A stretch of DNA of 64,000 bases, from positions 512,001 to 576,000 of the forward strand of contig CBDUPA010000002.1 of the NCBI GenBank assembly GCA_965368975.1. Direction: 5' to 3'. Numbering within the stretch: position 1 is the first letter of the stretch; each line of letters opens with the position of its first letter. Under the pieces are notes generated by a model. The model ran no database searches. It was not told where the DNA came from and was given only the letters and a program-made list of their open reading frames with translations. This DNA is from an uncultured bacterium. Its GTDB lineage: Bacteria > Acidobacteriota > Thermoanaerobaculia > Multivoradales > JAHZIX01. Positions 46,758 to 58,200 of this stretch are shown in pieces. The position numbers and the translations under genes are program-made.

Positions 46758-47573
46758 TCAGAACGTCGTCGAGATGGCGACGCCGACGCGTTCGAGCCAA
46801 ACCCAGATGAGGGAGGCACCGAAGCGCTGGCCCGCGTAGTTGAGCATCAGGTGAGTGCGCTGGCCGTCGTACATGGGGCGCAGGGAGAAGCGCTCGTCGA
46901 GTTCGACTTCGACCCCGAAGGGGAAGTTGATGTCTTTGTCCCATTCCGAGTAGTTCAGGCTCACGTAGGCGGACACCGGCCAGCTGGGATGATGCTTGGC
47001 GGCCGTCAGGTAGTACGACTGCTCGCCGGCGGGAGAGCCAATACGATCGGAACTCGTACCCAAGAACAGTGCTGGCCGCCGCTCATCCTCGGTCTGGAGA
47101 AACCAGGTGAGGAGCGGGCCGATCTCGTCCGCCTCTGGGTTGACCTCGACCCCGATCTGCAACTGCGGCAGGATGCGGTAGGAAAGGGTCGAGCGCCACC
47201 TCGGTCGATCGAGGTCGGTGTCGACGAAGCGCAGAGACGCGCTGAATTTTGTGTCCAAGCCACTCCCCCGGAGCGGCGCCCCTTCACCGGGTCAACCACT
47301 TCACGTAGGGGCCGCCGACGGTCGCGATGGCGGCGCGGGCGGCGCCTCGGCGGGGTCCGTGGAAGCCTCGGTCGGCGCGGCCTCGGTATCGGTGCCGGTC
47401 TGGACACCCGTATCCGTCAAAGCTTCCGTATCGGTCTCACTCCCGGCATCCGCCTGGCTGCCCACATCGACCTGGGCCCCCCTGTCCACCTGGGCGAGAC
47501 CTGGCATCGCCAGTAACGCCAGGAGCAGACACAACAGAAAGGGCGCAGGCGCTTTGACTTGGCTCACCATCAT
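46758..47573 (-). CDS. Candidate selenoprotein (271 aa): signal peptide, acidic/Pro linker, U-S-G-U, small outer-membrane beta-barrel ending in Phe
   Basis: Track ORFs 47301..47609 and 46758..47258 are in the same frame, separated only by TGA(47303-01)-AGT-GGT-TGA(47294-92) and 11 sense codons. Confidence 0.7.
47259..47277 (-). promoter_or_regulatory. Putative bacterial SECIS hairpin
   Basis: GCCGCUCC-GGG-GGAGUGGC: 8-bp stem with one G-U pair and a G-rich apical loop, starting 14 nt after the second UGA. Confidence 0.6.
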
Positions 47574-47622
47574 GCGGACGACCTTAGGTTTGGTTCGAGT
47601 TGAAGTCAAGGCCCGGACCTAC

Positions 47623-49553
47623 CTACCGTCCTTGCCCCCCGACCACCGTCCGCACCACCAGCTTCTCCCGCTTCACCCGCACCTCGATCTTGCCCCGCTG
47701 CTCTTCGGTCAACAGCTCTTCCGTGGTGAAGCTCAACCGATACTGGCTGCGCAGCTCGCGCTCGATCCGCTTGTAGGCATCCCCGAGCAAGTGCGGCTCG
47801 GAGACCAAGAACACCCGGCCGCCAGTCTCTTCCGTCAACTCCTCTAGATCACTCACCGCTAGAGTCCGGCGGATCTGCCGCTCTTCTCCGAGCACGATCA
47901 GGTACACCGGAACACCCGCCGTGCGTGCATCGCGGATGGCGCGATTGGGACTGAAGCGGCTGCGGTAATCGTCACCGTCCGTCAGCACGACCAGTGCCTT
48001 GCGGCCGGGGTCAGCACCAAACTGGATCAGGGAGAAGACGACCGAGTCGTAGAGCGCAGTGGCGCCGCCGGGTTGTAGACGGCGGAAGCTCGAGAGCAAT
48101 TCACGCAGATCGTTGCTGGTGTCGTGCAGGAGCCGCGGCTGGGAGTCGAAGTCGACGAGGAAGGCTTGGTCTTCGGCTTCCAGGACGGTGCCGAGGAACT
48201 GCCCCGCGGCTTGCTTGGTCTCCAGCATCTGGTTTTCCATCGAGCCGGAGGAGTCGATGACCAAACCGAGCAAGAGCGAAACGTCGTCGGCGTAGCTGAA
48301 GCTCTGCACCTCGACGGGCTTGCCGTCGAGACGGACGGTGAAGTCTTCCTGCTGCAAGCCGCGCACAGGCTCGCCGCGTTGGTTGGTGGCAACGACGAAG
48401 AGTTCGACGAGGTTGACTTCGAGGCGCTCGGTGACGCCGCGAGCGCTCAGGAGAACGACGTCTTCACTGCTGGTGCCATCCGCCAAGAAGGCGGCGACGC
48501 GGAGATAGTCGGTGGGGCCGGGATCGACGGTGGGGACTTCGAGTTCCAAGCTCTGCCCCTCGGCACCATCGAGGCGACGGATCAGCGTCTCGTTGCGGTA
48601 CACCTCGACGCGTTCGAGCTGCTGCCCGGATGGCACGTTGACCGTGGCGGCTAGCTCGACGGAGCCGGTGGCGGGATCGCCGTCCAGGCGCGTGATACGG
48701 ACACGGAAGGGGATGTTGCTGCGATTGACGACCAGTTCGTCGCTGCCCAGGTCGTAGTCCAGACGGTCGTAGGCGACGGCGCGAACGGTCTGCTCGCGCG
48801 GTGGGCTGGCCAGCGGCACACGGCCGCGGAACGGGGCGCGGGTGTCTTCGTCGACTTGCTGACCGTCGAGGAGGAACACGACGCGCTCGACTTCGTCGGT
48901 GGCGACCAGGGCGTCGATAGAGGTGCTGCCGCTGACGGGTTCTCTGGCCGGCGGCACGAGGCGAACTGCGGAGCGCTTTGTCTGCGAGGCTGGGCCGGAC
49001 TGACGGCTACCCGCGGACGGAGACGATGCGGATGCGGCGGCGAAGGAACTCAGGGGGGCGCCTTCGGTGATGGCCGCGGACGCCGGCACGGCCAGCAGAT
49101 CGGATCCGACCTCGACGGGACTACCACCCCAAATCTCGCCGGCACCCCAGGTCTCGCCGTTGGTGACCACGGCGAGTAGGTCGCGCACGGAGGCTGGCAC
49201 TTCGAGGGGGATCAGGGTCACCCACACGCGCGTTCCTGCGGGCGGTGCGTCGAGGGGCTGGCGCAGCACCAGCGGCTCGGCGCGTTCGGCACTGCCGACG
49301 GCGACTTCGAGTTGAAGGCCAGCCTCCGGGGTCAGTGGGTCGCTGTCCTCCAGCCAGACGATCACCTGCAACACACAGCGTAGACGGCCCGCGGCCTGCG
49401 CTTCCGGCGGTGCCAGGACACAGGCGGCTTCGACTTCCAGGCCGCCGTTGGAGGGCCCACCGGCAAGGAGTCGCTGCAACGGAGACTCTTGCGCCGAAGA
49501 CGCTATCGGCAGAAAGAGCAGGAGGCACGCAAGCGTCCAGGCAGTGCGCATGC

Positions 49554-49557
<4 letters not shown>
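47623..49557 (-). CDS. Exported Ig-like + VWA domain protein (Acidobacterial VWFA-related type)
   Basis: Signal peptide; [20 protein letters not shown]; DSSGSM MIDAS; TALYD; LTDG; ETGG; LRSQY. Confidence 0.87.
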
Positions 49558-49976
<419 letters not shown>

Positions 49977-50015
49977 GGGAACGGTCTCCTAGAGGATCGG
50001 TGGCTCTTCAATCTC

Positions 50016-51188
50016 TCAGCGAGTCAGGGCTAGATCTTGGTACAAGCCTTCGGTCAGAGCCCGCATGCGGGCACGGTGATGGTCTTCGGCCGGCACACCG
50101 TTGAGCACCAGCGCGACGACGAGGCCGTGCTCGGGATCGGCAAACGCGGTGGACGTCAGGCGGCCGCTGTGACCGAAGGTGCGGTTGGAGGCGTGGCCGC
50201 CGTAGCCATAGGGCAGAGTCGGCTCGCCTTGCTGCTCCTCGCGGTAGTAGTGCTCGGAGTTGATGATGAAGCCGAGGCCCCAGTCCATGACGTGCTTGAA
50301 GGTGTGGTCGTAGAGACCGACGCGGTGCGGGCAGGTGAACGCCTCGACCGCCTGCGGGCTCAGGATGCGCATGCCAGCGGTTGTACCGTTACTGAGCTGG
50401 CCGCGCTGCAGCAGCATCTCGTAGAAGCGGCCCAGCTGGCGCATGGGACCGCAACCGTTGCCGGCAGGGTTGCAGCGGGTGACCATCTCTTTCTTGGTCC
50501 AGCCCAGGGCTTTGACATTCGCCTGAGATACGTTCGCTTGAGAAAGTGGCTGCCGCATGGGGGGATCAGCTCCCAGCATGGGGACGATGCGCTCCCCGTA
50601 GGCGGCATAGCGGTCGGCCGGCATGCCGATCCAGCAGTCGTCCATGCCCAGGGGCTCGAAGATCTCGTCGCGCACGTAGTGCTCGAAACGTCGACCATCA
50701 ACGCGGCGGATCACCTCGCCGAGGATGAACCAGCTCGACTCCATGTGGTACCCGGCACGCCGACCTGGCTGCCAGCGGGGTTCGCGCTTCTGGGCACAGA
50801 TGCGGGCGATGATGTCGTCCCAGGTGTGATCCGGGAAACCAACGCTGAGCATGCGGAACCCACCGGTATGGGTCAGGGCGTGGCGCAGCGTGATGGCTTC
50901 CTTGCCCTTCTGGCCGAACTCGGGCAGGTGCCGCGCGATCGGGTCGTCGAGTTCCAGCTGGCCGCGCTCCCACAGCTGCGCCAGCGCGACGGCGGCGATC
51001 GGCTTGGTGGTCGACAGCCAGACGCACAGGTCATCCTTGGTCATGGGCTGGCCGGGCAGCCTGTCGCCCAGTGCAAGGTCGAGCACGGGCTCGCCGTGCA
51101 CGGAAGCGTAAACCTGGGCGCCGAGGTGGAGGCCTTCGTCGACGCCGGCTTGGAAGGCGGCCTGGAATGCGGGGAACTCTCTCCTCAT
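50016..51188 (-). CDS. Serine hydrolase, beta-lactamase class C/EstB family
   Basis: WLSTTK (SxxK), LTHTGG, GYH and FGHSG motifs. Confidence 0.88.
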   Translation of the reverse strand: MRREFPAFQAAFQAGVDEGLHLGAQVYASVHGEPVLDLALGDRLPGQPMTKDDLCVWLSTTKPIAAVALAQLWERGQLELDDPIARHLPEFGQKGKEAITLRHALTHTGGFRMLSVGFPDHTWDDIIARICAQKREPRWQPGRRAGYHMESSWFILGEVIRRVDGRRFEHYVRDEIFEPLGMDDCWIGMPADRYAAYGERIVPMLGADPPMRQPLSQANVSQANVKALGWTKKEMVTRCNPAGNGCGPMRQLGRFYEMLLQRGQLSNGTTAGMRILSPQAVEAFTCPHRVGLYDHTFKHVMDWGLGFIINSEHYYREEQQGEPTLPYGYGGHASNRTFGHSGRLTSTAFADPEHGLVVALVLNGVPAEDHHRARMRALTEGLYQDLALTR

Positions 51189-51511
51189 GGGAGCCAGAGC
51201 CTAACACCCCAACCAGAGGCGAGAACTGCGGGGGACACCAGATTCCGGCGCTGCTCGGCAGAAGCGACGGCCCGGCAGCGTCTGTGAGGGGAAGCGAAAA
51301 ACCCGGGTGTCCGTGGTACCATCACATCTTTACTGCGCCCTGATTTCCGGGCGTGTCCGACCTGCCCTTTGAATCCTCTACGCTGAATTTCCTTACTGGC
51401 TTTCCACTTCAGATCAGATCGAGACGCTCGCCCTCGAATGCGTTCTTAGAAGGTACGCGGACCGAGGACCAGATGTAGGTCGCTCCGCGCGAATGCGGGC
51501 GATGGAGGAGG

Positions 51512-54500
51512 ATGACCGCCGTGACGGATCTCGAACAACGGATCGCCAACCTGCCGCCCAAGAAGCGGGAGCTGTTGCTGCGCCAGCTGGCCAAGCGCGG
51601 TGCCGGCAAGGCACCGGCGGTGGAACGGATTCCGGCGCAGCCGCGCGTCGACGGCCAAGAGAACCGCTTCGTGGTCTCGTTCTCGCAGCTGCGCGAGTGG
51701 ATGCTCATGCAGTTCGAGCCGGGCACGGCGGCTTACAACATGCCGGGCGCCGTCGGGCTCGACGGTCCAGTGAACCACCAGATGCTGGCCCGTACCATCA
51801 ACTTCCTGCGCCAGCGCCACGAGTCGCTGCGCACCCGATTCCACGCGGACCAGGACGAGGAGCCCGTGCAGGTCGTGGCCCCGTATCGCTGGCAGCCGGT
51901 GCCACTGGTGGACCTCAGTGGCCTAGCGAGCGACGGGAAGAGAGACGGCCAGCACGACGCGGCAGCGGACGAAGCGCGCAAGCTAGCGCAGCGCGACTCG
52001 GAGACGGGTTTCGACATCGAGACCGGGCCGCTCTTCCGCAGCGGTCTGCTGCGCATCCACGCGGAAGACCACATCCTGCTCTACACCATGCACCATTCGA
52101 TCTCGGATGGCTGGTCGATGAGCGTCTTCTTCCGCGAGCTGACGACGCTGTACAACACGTTCGTCCAGGGTCAGCAGCCAGCGCTGCCCGAGTTGCCCAT
52201 TCAGTACCCGGACTTCGCGGTGTGGCAGCGCGATCGGCTGCGCGGCGAGGTGCTGGAGAAGCAGCTGGACTACTGGCGACAGCAGCTCGGCAGTGCGCCG
52301 CCGTTCCTCGACTTGCCGCTCGACAAGCCGCGGCCGCCTGTGCGCACGAGCCATTCCGGCGAGGTCGCGTTCCAGCTGCACAACCCGGTGCCGGAGCGGA
52401 TCAAGGCGCTGGCCAAGAAGGAGGGTGGCAGCCTGTTCATGGTGCTGCTGGCCCTACTGGACGTGGTGCTCTACCGCTACAGCCGGCAGGACGACATCAG
52501 CGTCGGCTCCTACATTTCGAACCGTGGTCGCGCCGAGCTCGAGAACCTGATCGGCTTCTTCGTCAACACGCTGGTGATGCGTCTCGACCTCGGCGGCAAC
52601 CCGAGCTTCCGCCAGCTGGTGACGCGCGCCCGTGAGATGACGCTGGCCGCCTACGCGCACCAGGACGTGCCGTTCGAGAAGGTTCTGGAAGTCGCGCACC
52701 CGGAGCGCGACATCAGCCGCACACCGCTGTTCCAGGTCATGTTCATGATGCAGAACTTCCCGCAGAGCGACGTCTCCGCGGGTGACCTGAGTTTGAAGCC
52801 GGTGAACCTGGAGCGCGACAAGGCCGACTTCGACCTCACCTTCCTGGTGATGGAAGCCGACGACTTCCTGCACTGCCCGCTGGTCTACAACCGGGACCTG
52901 TTCGAGAAGGTGACCATGGAGCGCATGGCAGAGCAGCTGCAGCACCTGACGCGCGTCGCTCTCGATGCCCCCGACACACCCATCGACGCCCTGCCACTGC
53001 TACCGGCCGCGGCGCAGCAGCAGCTGGTTTCGACCTGGCAGAGTCGCGAGACGCCGCCCCTGCAGCGCGCACACGATGCGATCAGCGCACAGGCACGCGC
53101 CACGCCGGGAGTACCGGCGGTGGAGCTCGGTGACGCGCAGCTGAGCTACGGCGAGCTGCAACAGCGGGCAGAGGCCCTCGCGGCGCACCTGCGGTGCTTG
53201 GGCGTCGGCCCCGAGACGCTGGTCGGCGTGTGCATGGCACGACGGCCCGCATTGCTGGTAGCACTACTGGGCGTGCTCGAAGCGGGCGCCGGCTACCTGC
53301 CGATGGACCCTGCCTACCCGGTGACGAGGCTGCGCCTGATGGTCGAGGACGCGCGGGTGCCGGTGTTGCTGACGCAGAGCGATCAGCAGGGCATGCTGAG
53401 CGAGGTACTCAACGGCCTGAAGGACGATGGACTCGACGTGCATACCGTGTTGCTCGACGAGCAGGGCGCGGCGCAGGGTGCAGCCCCCGCGGACATCGTC
53501 CCGGAACAGGCGCACGCGACGCCGCAAAGCCCGGCCTATGTCATCTATACCTCGGGCTCGACCGGCAAGCCGAAGGGCGTGGTGGTCGAGCATCGCAGCC
53601 TGGCTCACTACTCGGACGTTGCCGGCCGTCACTATGACATCCAGCCCGGGGATCGGGTGCTGCAGTTCGCCTCGATCAGCTTCGATACCAGCGCCGAGGA
53701 GATCTACCCCTGCCTCAGCCGTGGCGCGACGCTGGTGCTGCGCCGCGAGCAGATGACACAGAGCATGGACGGCTTCCTGGCCGAACTGGAAGCACTGGAC
53801 ATCACTGTGCTCAACCTGCCGACCGCCTACTGGCACGAGTTGGTGATCGCGCTGGAGCAAGAGACGTTGACGCTGCCGCCCAAGCTACGCTTGGTCGTGA
53901 TCGGCGGCGAGAAAGCGCTGGCCGACCGCACCGCGCAGTGGCGACGCCACGCGGCAGCGCACGCCGAACGCACGGGCACCAGCGGTATCCGACTGGTCAA
54001 CACCTACGGCCCGACGGAGAGCACCATCGTCGCGACGCGCTGCGACATCTTGCCGGCCCCAGAGGGAACAGCGCAGGTTCCCGCCTGGCTGTCGCCGGAA
54101 GTGCCGATCGGCCGGCCACTGCCTGGGCTCGACGCCTACCTGCTCGACGACGCCTTGCAGCCGGTACCACCAGGGGTTCCCGGTGAGCTGTGTCTGGGCG
54201 GCGCTGGGCTGGCGCGCGGCTACCTTCGGCGCCCCGCGACCACCGCCGAGCGCTTCGTGCCGGATCCCTTCCACGCACGGCCGGGGCGGCGCCTCTACCG
54301 CACCGGCGACCTGGTACGCCAGCACCCCGATGGTCAGCTCTATTTCCTCGGCCGCGTCGACTTCCAGATCAAGCTGCGCGGCTTCCGCATCGAGCCGGGT
54401 GAGATCGAGGCTCAGCTGCGCGCCCACGAACGCCTGAGCGGCGCGGTAGTGACGGTGTGGCAGGACCCCCAAGGAGCGCGCCGCCTGGTGGCCTACGTAG

Positions 54501-55180
54501 TGGCGCACGAGGTGGTCGCGCACGGCGATGGCGCCACTGAGAGCGCCCCGACCAGCTCCGCGCTGCGCGCCTATCTGAAGGAGCGTTTGCCGGAGTACAT
54601 GGTGCCGGCGCTGGTCGTCAGCCTCGATGCCTTCCCGCTCACGCCCAGCGGCAAGATCGACCGTCGGGCCCTGCCGGCCCCAGAAGCCGACCGCCCAGAC
54701 GTCGATACCGTCTTCGTGGCACCGAGCAACGAGACGGAACGCAAGATCGCCGAAGTGTGGCGCAAGGTGCTGACGCTCGACCGGATCGGCGTCCACGACA
54801 GCTTCTTCGAGATCGGTGGCGACTCACTGCTGCTCCTGCAGGTGCACCGCCACCTCAAGCAGGCCGTGCCGGCGGCGGGCGAGATGTCGGTGATCGACCT
54901 CTTCCAGTACCCGACCATCGCCGCCCTGGCGCGCAACCTGAACCGTAGCGCCCAGGCCGACCGGCAAGCCGCCAGCGCCAAGCAGCGTGTGCGAGACCTG
55001 GTCGGACAGCAGAAAGCGGCACAGACGCGCCAGCGCCAGGCCCTGCAGCAGCGTGGCCGCATCGCCGGCCTGCGTCAGGGCCCGGGGCGACCACCGGGAC
55101 CACCGGGGCGACCCGGGCGACCCGGGGCTCCTGGTAAGCCAGGACGTCCTGGAAGACCGGGCGATCCGAAGAAGACCTGA
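51512..55180 (+). CDS. Monomodular NRPS, C-A-T, with Gln/Arg-rich and (Pro-Gly-X)n tail
   Basis: HHSISDGWS, YTSGSTGKPKG, NTYGPTE, YRTGD and GGDSL motifs; GGAGG RBS. Confidence 0.93.
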   Translation: MTAVTDLEQRIANLPPKKRELLLRQLAKRGAGKAPAVERIPAQPRVDGQENRFVVSFSQLREWMLMQFEPGTAAYNMPGAVGLDGPVNHQMLARTINFLRQRHESLRTRFHADQDEEPVQVVAPYRWQPVPLVDLSGLASDGKRDGQHDAAADEARKLAQRDSETGFDIETGPLFRSGLLRIHAEDHILLYTMHHSISDGWSMSVFFRELTTLYNTFVQGQQPALPELPIQYPDFAVWQRDRLRGEVLEKQLDYWRQQLGSAPPFLDLPLDKPRPPVRTSHSGEVAFQLHNPVPERIKALAKKEGGSLFMVLLALLDVVLYRYSRQDDISVGSYISNRGRAELENLIGFFVNTLVMRLDLGGNPSFRQLVTRAREMTLAAYAHQDVPFEKVLEVAHPERDISRTPLFQVMFMMQNFPQSDVSAGDLSLKPVNLERDKADFDLTFLVMEADDFLHCPLVYNRDLFEKVTMERMAEQLQHLTRVALDAPDTPIDALPLLPAAAQQQLVSTWQSRETPPLQRAHDAISAQARATPGVPAVELGDAQLSYGELQQRAEALAAHLRCLGVGPETLVGVCMARRPALLVALLGVLEAGAGYLPMDPAYPVTRLRLMVEDARVPVLLTQSDQQGMLSEVLNGLKDDGLDVHTVLLDEQGAAQGAAPADIVPEQAHATPQSPAYVIYTSGSTGKPKGVVVEHRSLAHYSDVAGRHYDIQPGDRVLQFASISFDTSAEEIYPCLSRGATLVLRREQMTQSMDGFLAELEALDITVLNLPTAYWHELVIALEQETLTLPPKLRLVVIGGEKALADRTAQWRRHAAAHAERTGTSGIRLVNTYGPTESTIVATRCDILPAPEGTAQVPAWLSPEVPIGRPLPGLDAYLLDDALQPVPPGVPGELCLGGAGLARGYLRRPATTAERFVPDPFHARPGRRLYRTGDLVRQHPDGQLYFLGRVDFQIKLRGFRIEPGEIEAQLRAHERLSGAVVTVWQDPQGARRLVAYVVAHEVVAHGDGATESAPTSSALRAYLKERLPEYMVPALVVSLDAFPLTPSGKIDRRALPAPEADRPDVDTVFVAPSNETERKIAEVWRKVLTLDRIGVHDSFFEIGGDSLLLLQVHRHLKQAVPAAGEMSVIDLFQYPTIAALARNLNRSAQADRQAASAKQRVRDLVGQQKAAQTRQRQALQQRGRIAGLRQGPGRPPGPPGRPGRPGAPGKPGRPGRPGDPKKT

Positions 55181-55268
55181 GTTCCATTTGCCTGACTGAT
55201 TCCTTGCCTGACCGTACCGAGTCCACCCAACGCGAGAGCTCACGCGAGCCAACCGAGAGAACCTGACC

Positions 55269-58200
55269 ATGAGTGATACCCATGAGTTGGAGCGCATCGC
55301 CGTCATCGGCATGGCGGGTCGCTTCCCCAAGTCCCCGGACCTGGATACCTTCTGGAGCAACCTGCAAGGCGGCGTCGACTGCATCACCGATCTGAGGGAG
55401 GACGACCTGCGAGCAGCAGGGATCCCCGAGGAACAGATCGCCGACCCGAGCTTGGTGCGGCGCACGCCCAAGCTGACCGAGATCGGTCACTTCGACGCCG
55501 GTTTCTTCGGTTACGCACCGCGCGAGGCCGAGATCCTGGATCCGCAGCAGCGCGTGTACATGGAGACGGCGTGGAAAGCGCTCGAGAGCGCCGGCTACGT
55601 GAGCGAGGACTATCCCGGGTGGATCGCCCACTACGCCGGCATCAGCACCTCCAACTACATGATGATGAACCTGCTGCCCAACAACAAGTTGATGGGGCAG
55701 CTCGGCTTCTTCCCCGTGCTGCTGTCCAACGACCGCGACTACTTCGCCACCCGGATCTCGTACAAGCTGAACCTGCGGGGCCCCGCGATGAACATCCAGA
55801 CCGCCTGCTCGACATCGTTGGTGGCGGTGCACCAGGCGTGCATGGCGCTGCTCGGCTACCAGTGCAACATCGCACTGGCCGGCGGTGTGCGCGTCGGTAT
55901 ACCGCAGGACCGCGGCTATACCTACATCGAGGGCAGCATCTTCTCACCCACCGGCCGCTGCCGCTCGTTCGACGCCGACGCCGATGGCTCCATCTTTGGC
56001 GATGGCTGCGGCGTGGTGGTGCTCAAGCGGCTGAGCGAGGCGATCGAAGACGGCGACAACATCCACGCCGTGATCCTGGCCAGCGCGCTCAACAACGACG
56101 GCTCCAACAAGGTCGGGTTCACGGCACCCAGCATCGAAGGACAGGCCGAGGCGATCGGCATGTGCCAGGACCTGGCCGACATCGATCCCGAGACCATCAC
56201 CTACATCGAGACACACGGCAGCGGCACGCCGCTGGGCGACCCGATCGAGGTGCGCGCCCTGACCAAGGTGTTCCAGGAGCATACCGAGCGCAAGCAGTTC
56301 TGCGCCATCGGCTCGGTGAAGTCCAACACGGGTCACCTGGAGGCGGCGTCCGGTATCGCCGGCATGATCAAGACCATTTTGTCGCTCGAGAATCAGCAAG
56401 TTCCGGCCAGCCTGCACTTCAAGACGCCGAACCCGCAGATCGACTTCGCCAACAGTCCGTTCTTCGTCAACGACCAGCTGCGCGACTGGACGACCGAGAA
56501 CGGCACCCCGCGGCGCGCCGGTATCAGCTCCTTCGGCATGGGTGGCACCAACGCGCACGTGATCCTCGAAGAGGCGCCGCCGCGCGACGCCTCAGGCGAG
56601 TCTCGGCCGTGGCAGCTACTCACCCTGGCCGCCAAGACCTCGACCGCGCTCGACACCATGAGCCAGGATCTGGCCCACTGGCTGCGCCAGAATCCCGAGG
56701 CGCCGCTCGCCGATGTCGCCTTCACGCTGCAGAGCGGTCGCCGTCATTTCGAGCGCCGCCGCGCCCTGGTGTGCCACGACCGTGATGACGCCCTGAAGGT
56801 GCTCGAGACCTTCGACGCCAGCCGCTTGCTCGACGGCACCGCCGAGGCCGCCGACCGGCCGCTGACCTTCCTGTGCTCGGGCGTCGGCGAACAGTACCCA
56901 GGCATGGCCAAGGGCCTGTACGAGCACGAGCCCACCTTCCGGGCAGCAGTCGACGAGTGCTGCGACCTGCTACAGGAGACGCTCGGCGTCGACCTGCGCG
57001 AGGTGCTGTTCCCCGAGGGCGCCGGCACCGGCGACGACGACCATGGCGGCCCTGACCTGCGCAGCCTGCTCGGTCGCGCACCCCAAAACGATCCGAACAC
57101 CGATCGCCTCAATCGCACCGCCATGGCGCAGCCCGCGGTCTTCGTGCTCGACTACGCCATGGCCCAGCTGTGGATGGAATGGGGCTTCTACCCGGAGAGC
57201 CTAGTCGGCTACAGCCTGGGCGAGTACGCCGCGGCATGCCTGGCGGGCGTGCTGCCACTGGCCGACGCACTGCGCCTGGTGGCGCGGCGCGCACAGCTGA
57301 TCGAGGAGCTGCCGGGCGGTGTCATGCTGGCGATCCCGGTTTCGGAAACCGAGGCACGCGAGCTGATCACCGGCACCGAGCTGGATCTGGCGGCGCTCAA
57401 CGGCGACACCATGAGCGTGCTCGCCGGTCCCGAGCCGGCGATTGCCGCCCTGGAAGCCCGCCTCGACGAACGCGAGATCGCCCACCGCCGCCTGGCCACC
57501 AGTCACGCCTTCCACTCGCGCATGATGGATTCGATTCGCGAAGCCTTCGCGCATTTGGTCCGCGAGAGTGACCTGCAACCACCTGAGATCCCGCTGCTGT
57601 CCAACGTCACCGGCACCTGGATGACCGACGAGGAAGCCACTGACCCCGAGTACTGGGTACGCCACCTGTGCGGCACCGTACGCTTCGCCGACAACCTGGC
57701 CGAGCTGAACGAGGAGGCCGCGCGCGTGATGATCGAACTCGGACCCGGCCGTGCGCTATCGACGCTAGCATTGCAGACGCGCGTCGATACCAGCGACGCG
57801 GATCCGTCGCTGGGCGCACCATCGCGCGTCATCGTGCCGTCCCTGCGCTCGATGCACGAACGGCAGTCGGACGTCGCCTTCCTGCTGCGTCAACTCGCCG
57901 AGCTGTGGCTCGCCGGCCTGCGCCCCGACTGGGCCAGCTTCCGAGCGCACGAGTACCGCCACCGACTGGCGCTACCCAACTATCCCTTCGAACGCCAGCA
58001 CCTGTGGGTCGACCAGGTCCAGCTGCAGCCCGCGCCGACGGCCGAGGGTGCGGATGGTCCAGCTGAACTCGACGACGGTGCCGTGCCCGAAGAAGCACGC
58101 CACGAGCGGCCGTCCAGCCTGCGCACGCCCTACGTCGCCCCGAGCACCGAGGCGGAAGTACAGATGGCCGAGATCTGGCAGGATCTGCTGGGCGTCAAGG

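Noticed and set aside
46741-46944. Upstream extension of the YHS-thioredoxin ORF
   Set aside because: Overlaps the barrel gene in another frame; the signal peptide and RBS point to ATG 46740
47292-47303. Reading the two TGAs as a nonsense-mutated pseudogene or as two separate genes
   Set aside because: Two independent nonsense hits that are both TGA, in CxxC spacing and followed by a hairpin, are less parsimonious than Sec; not formally excluded
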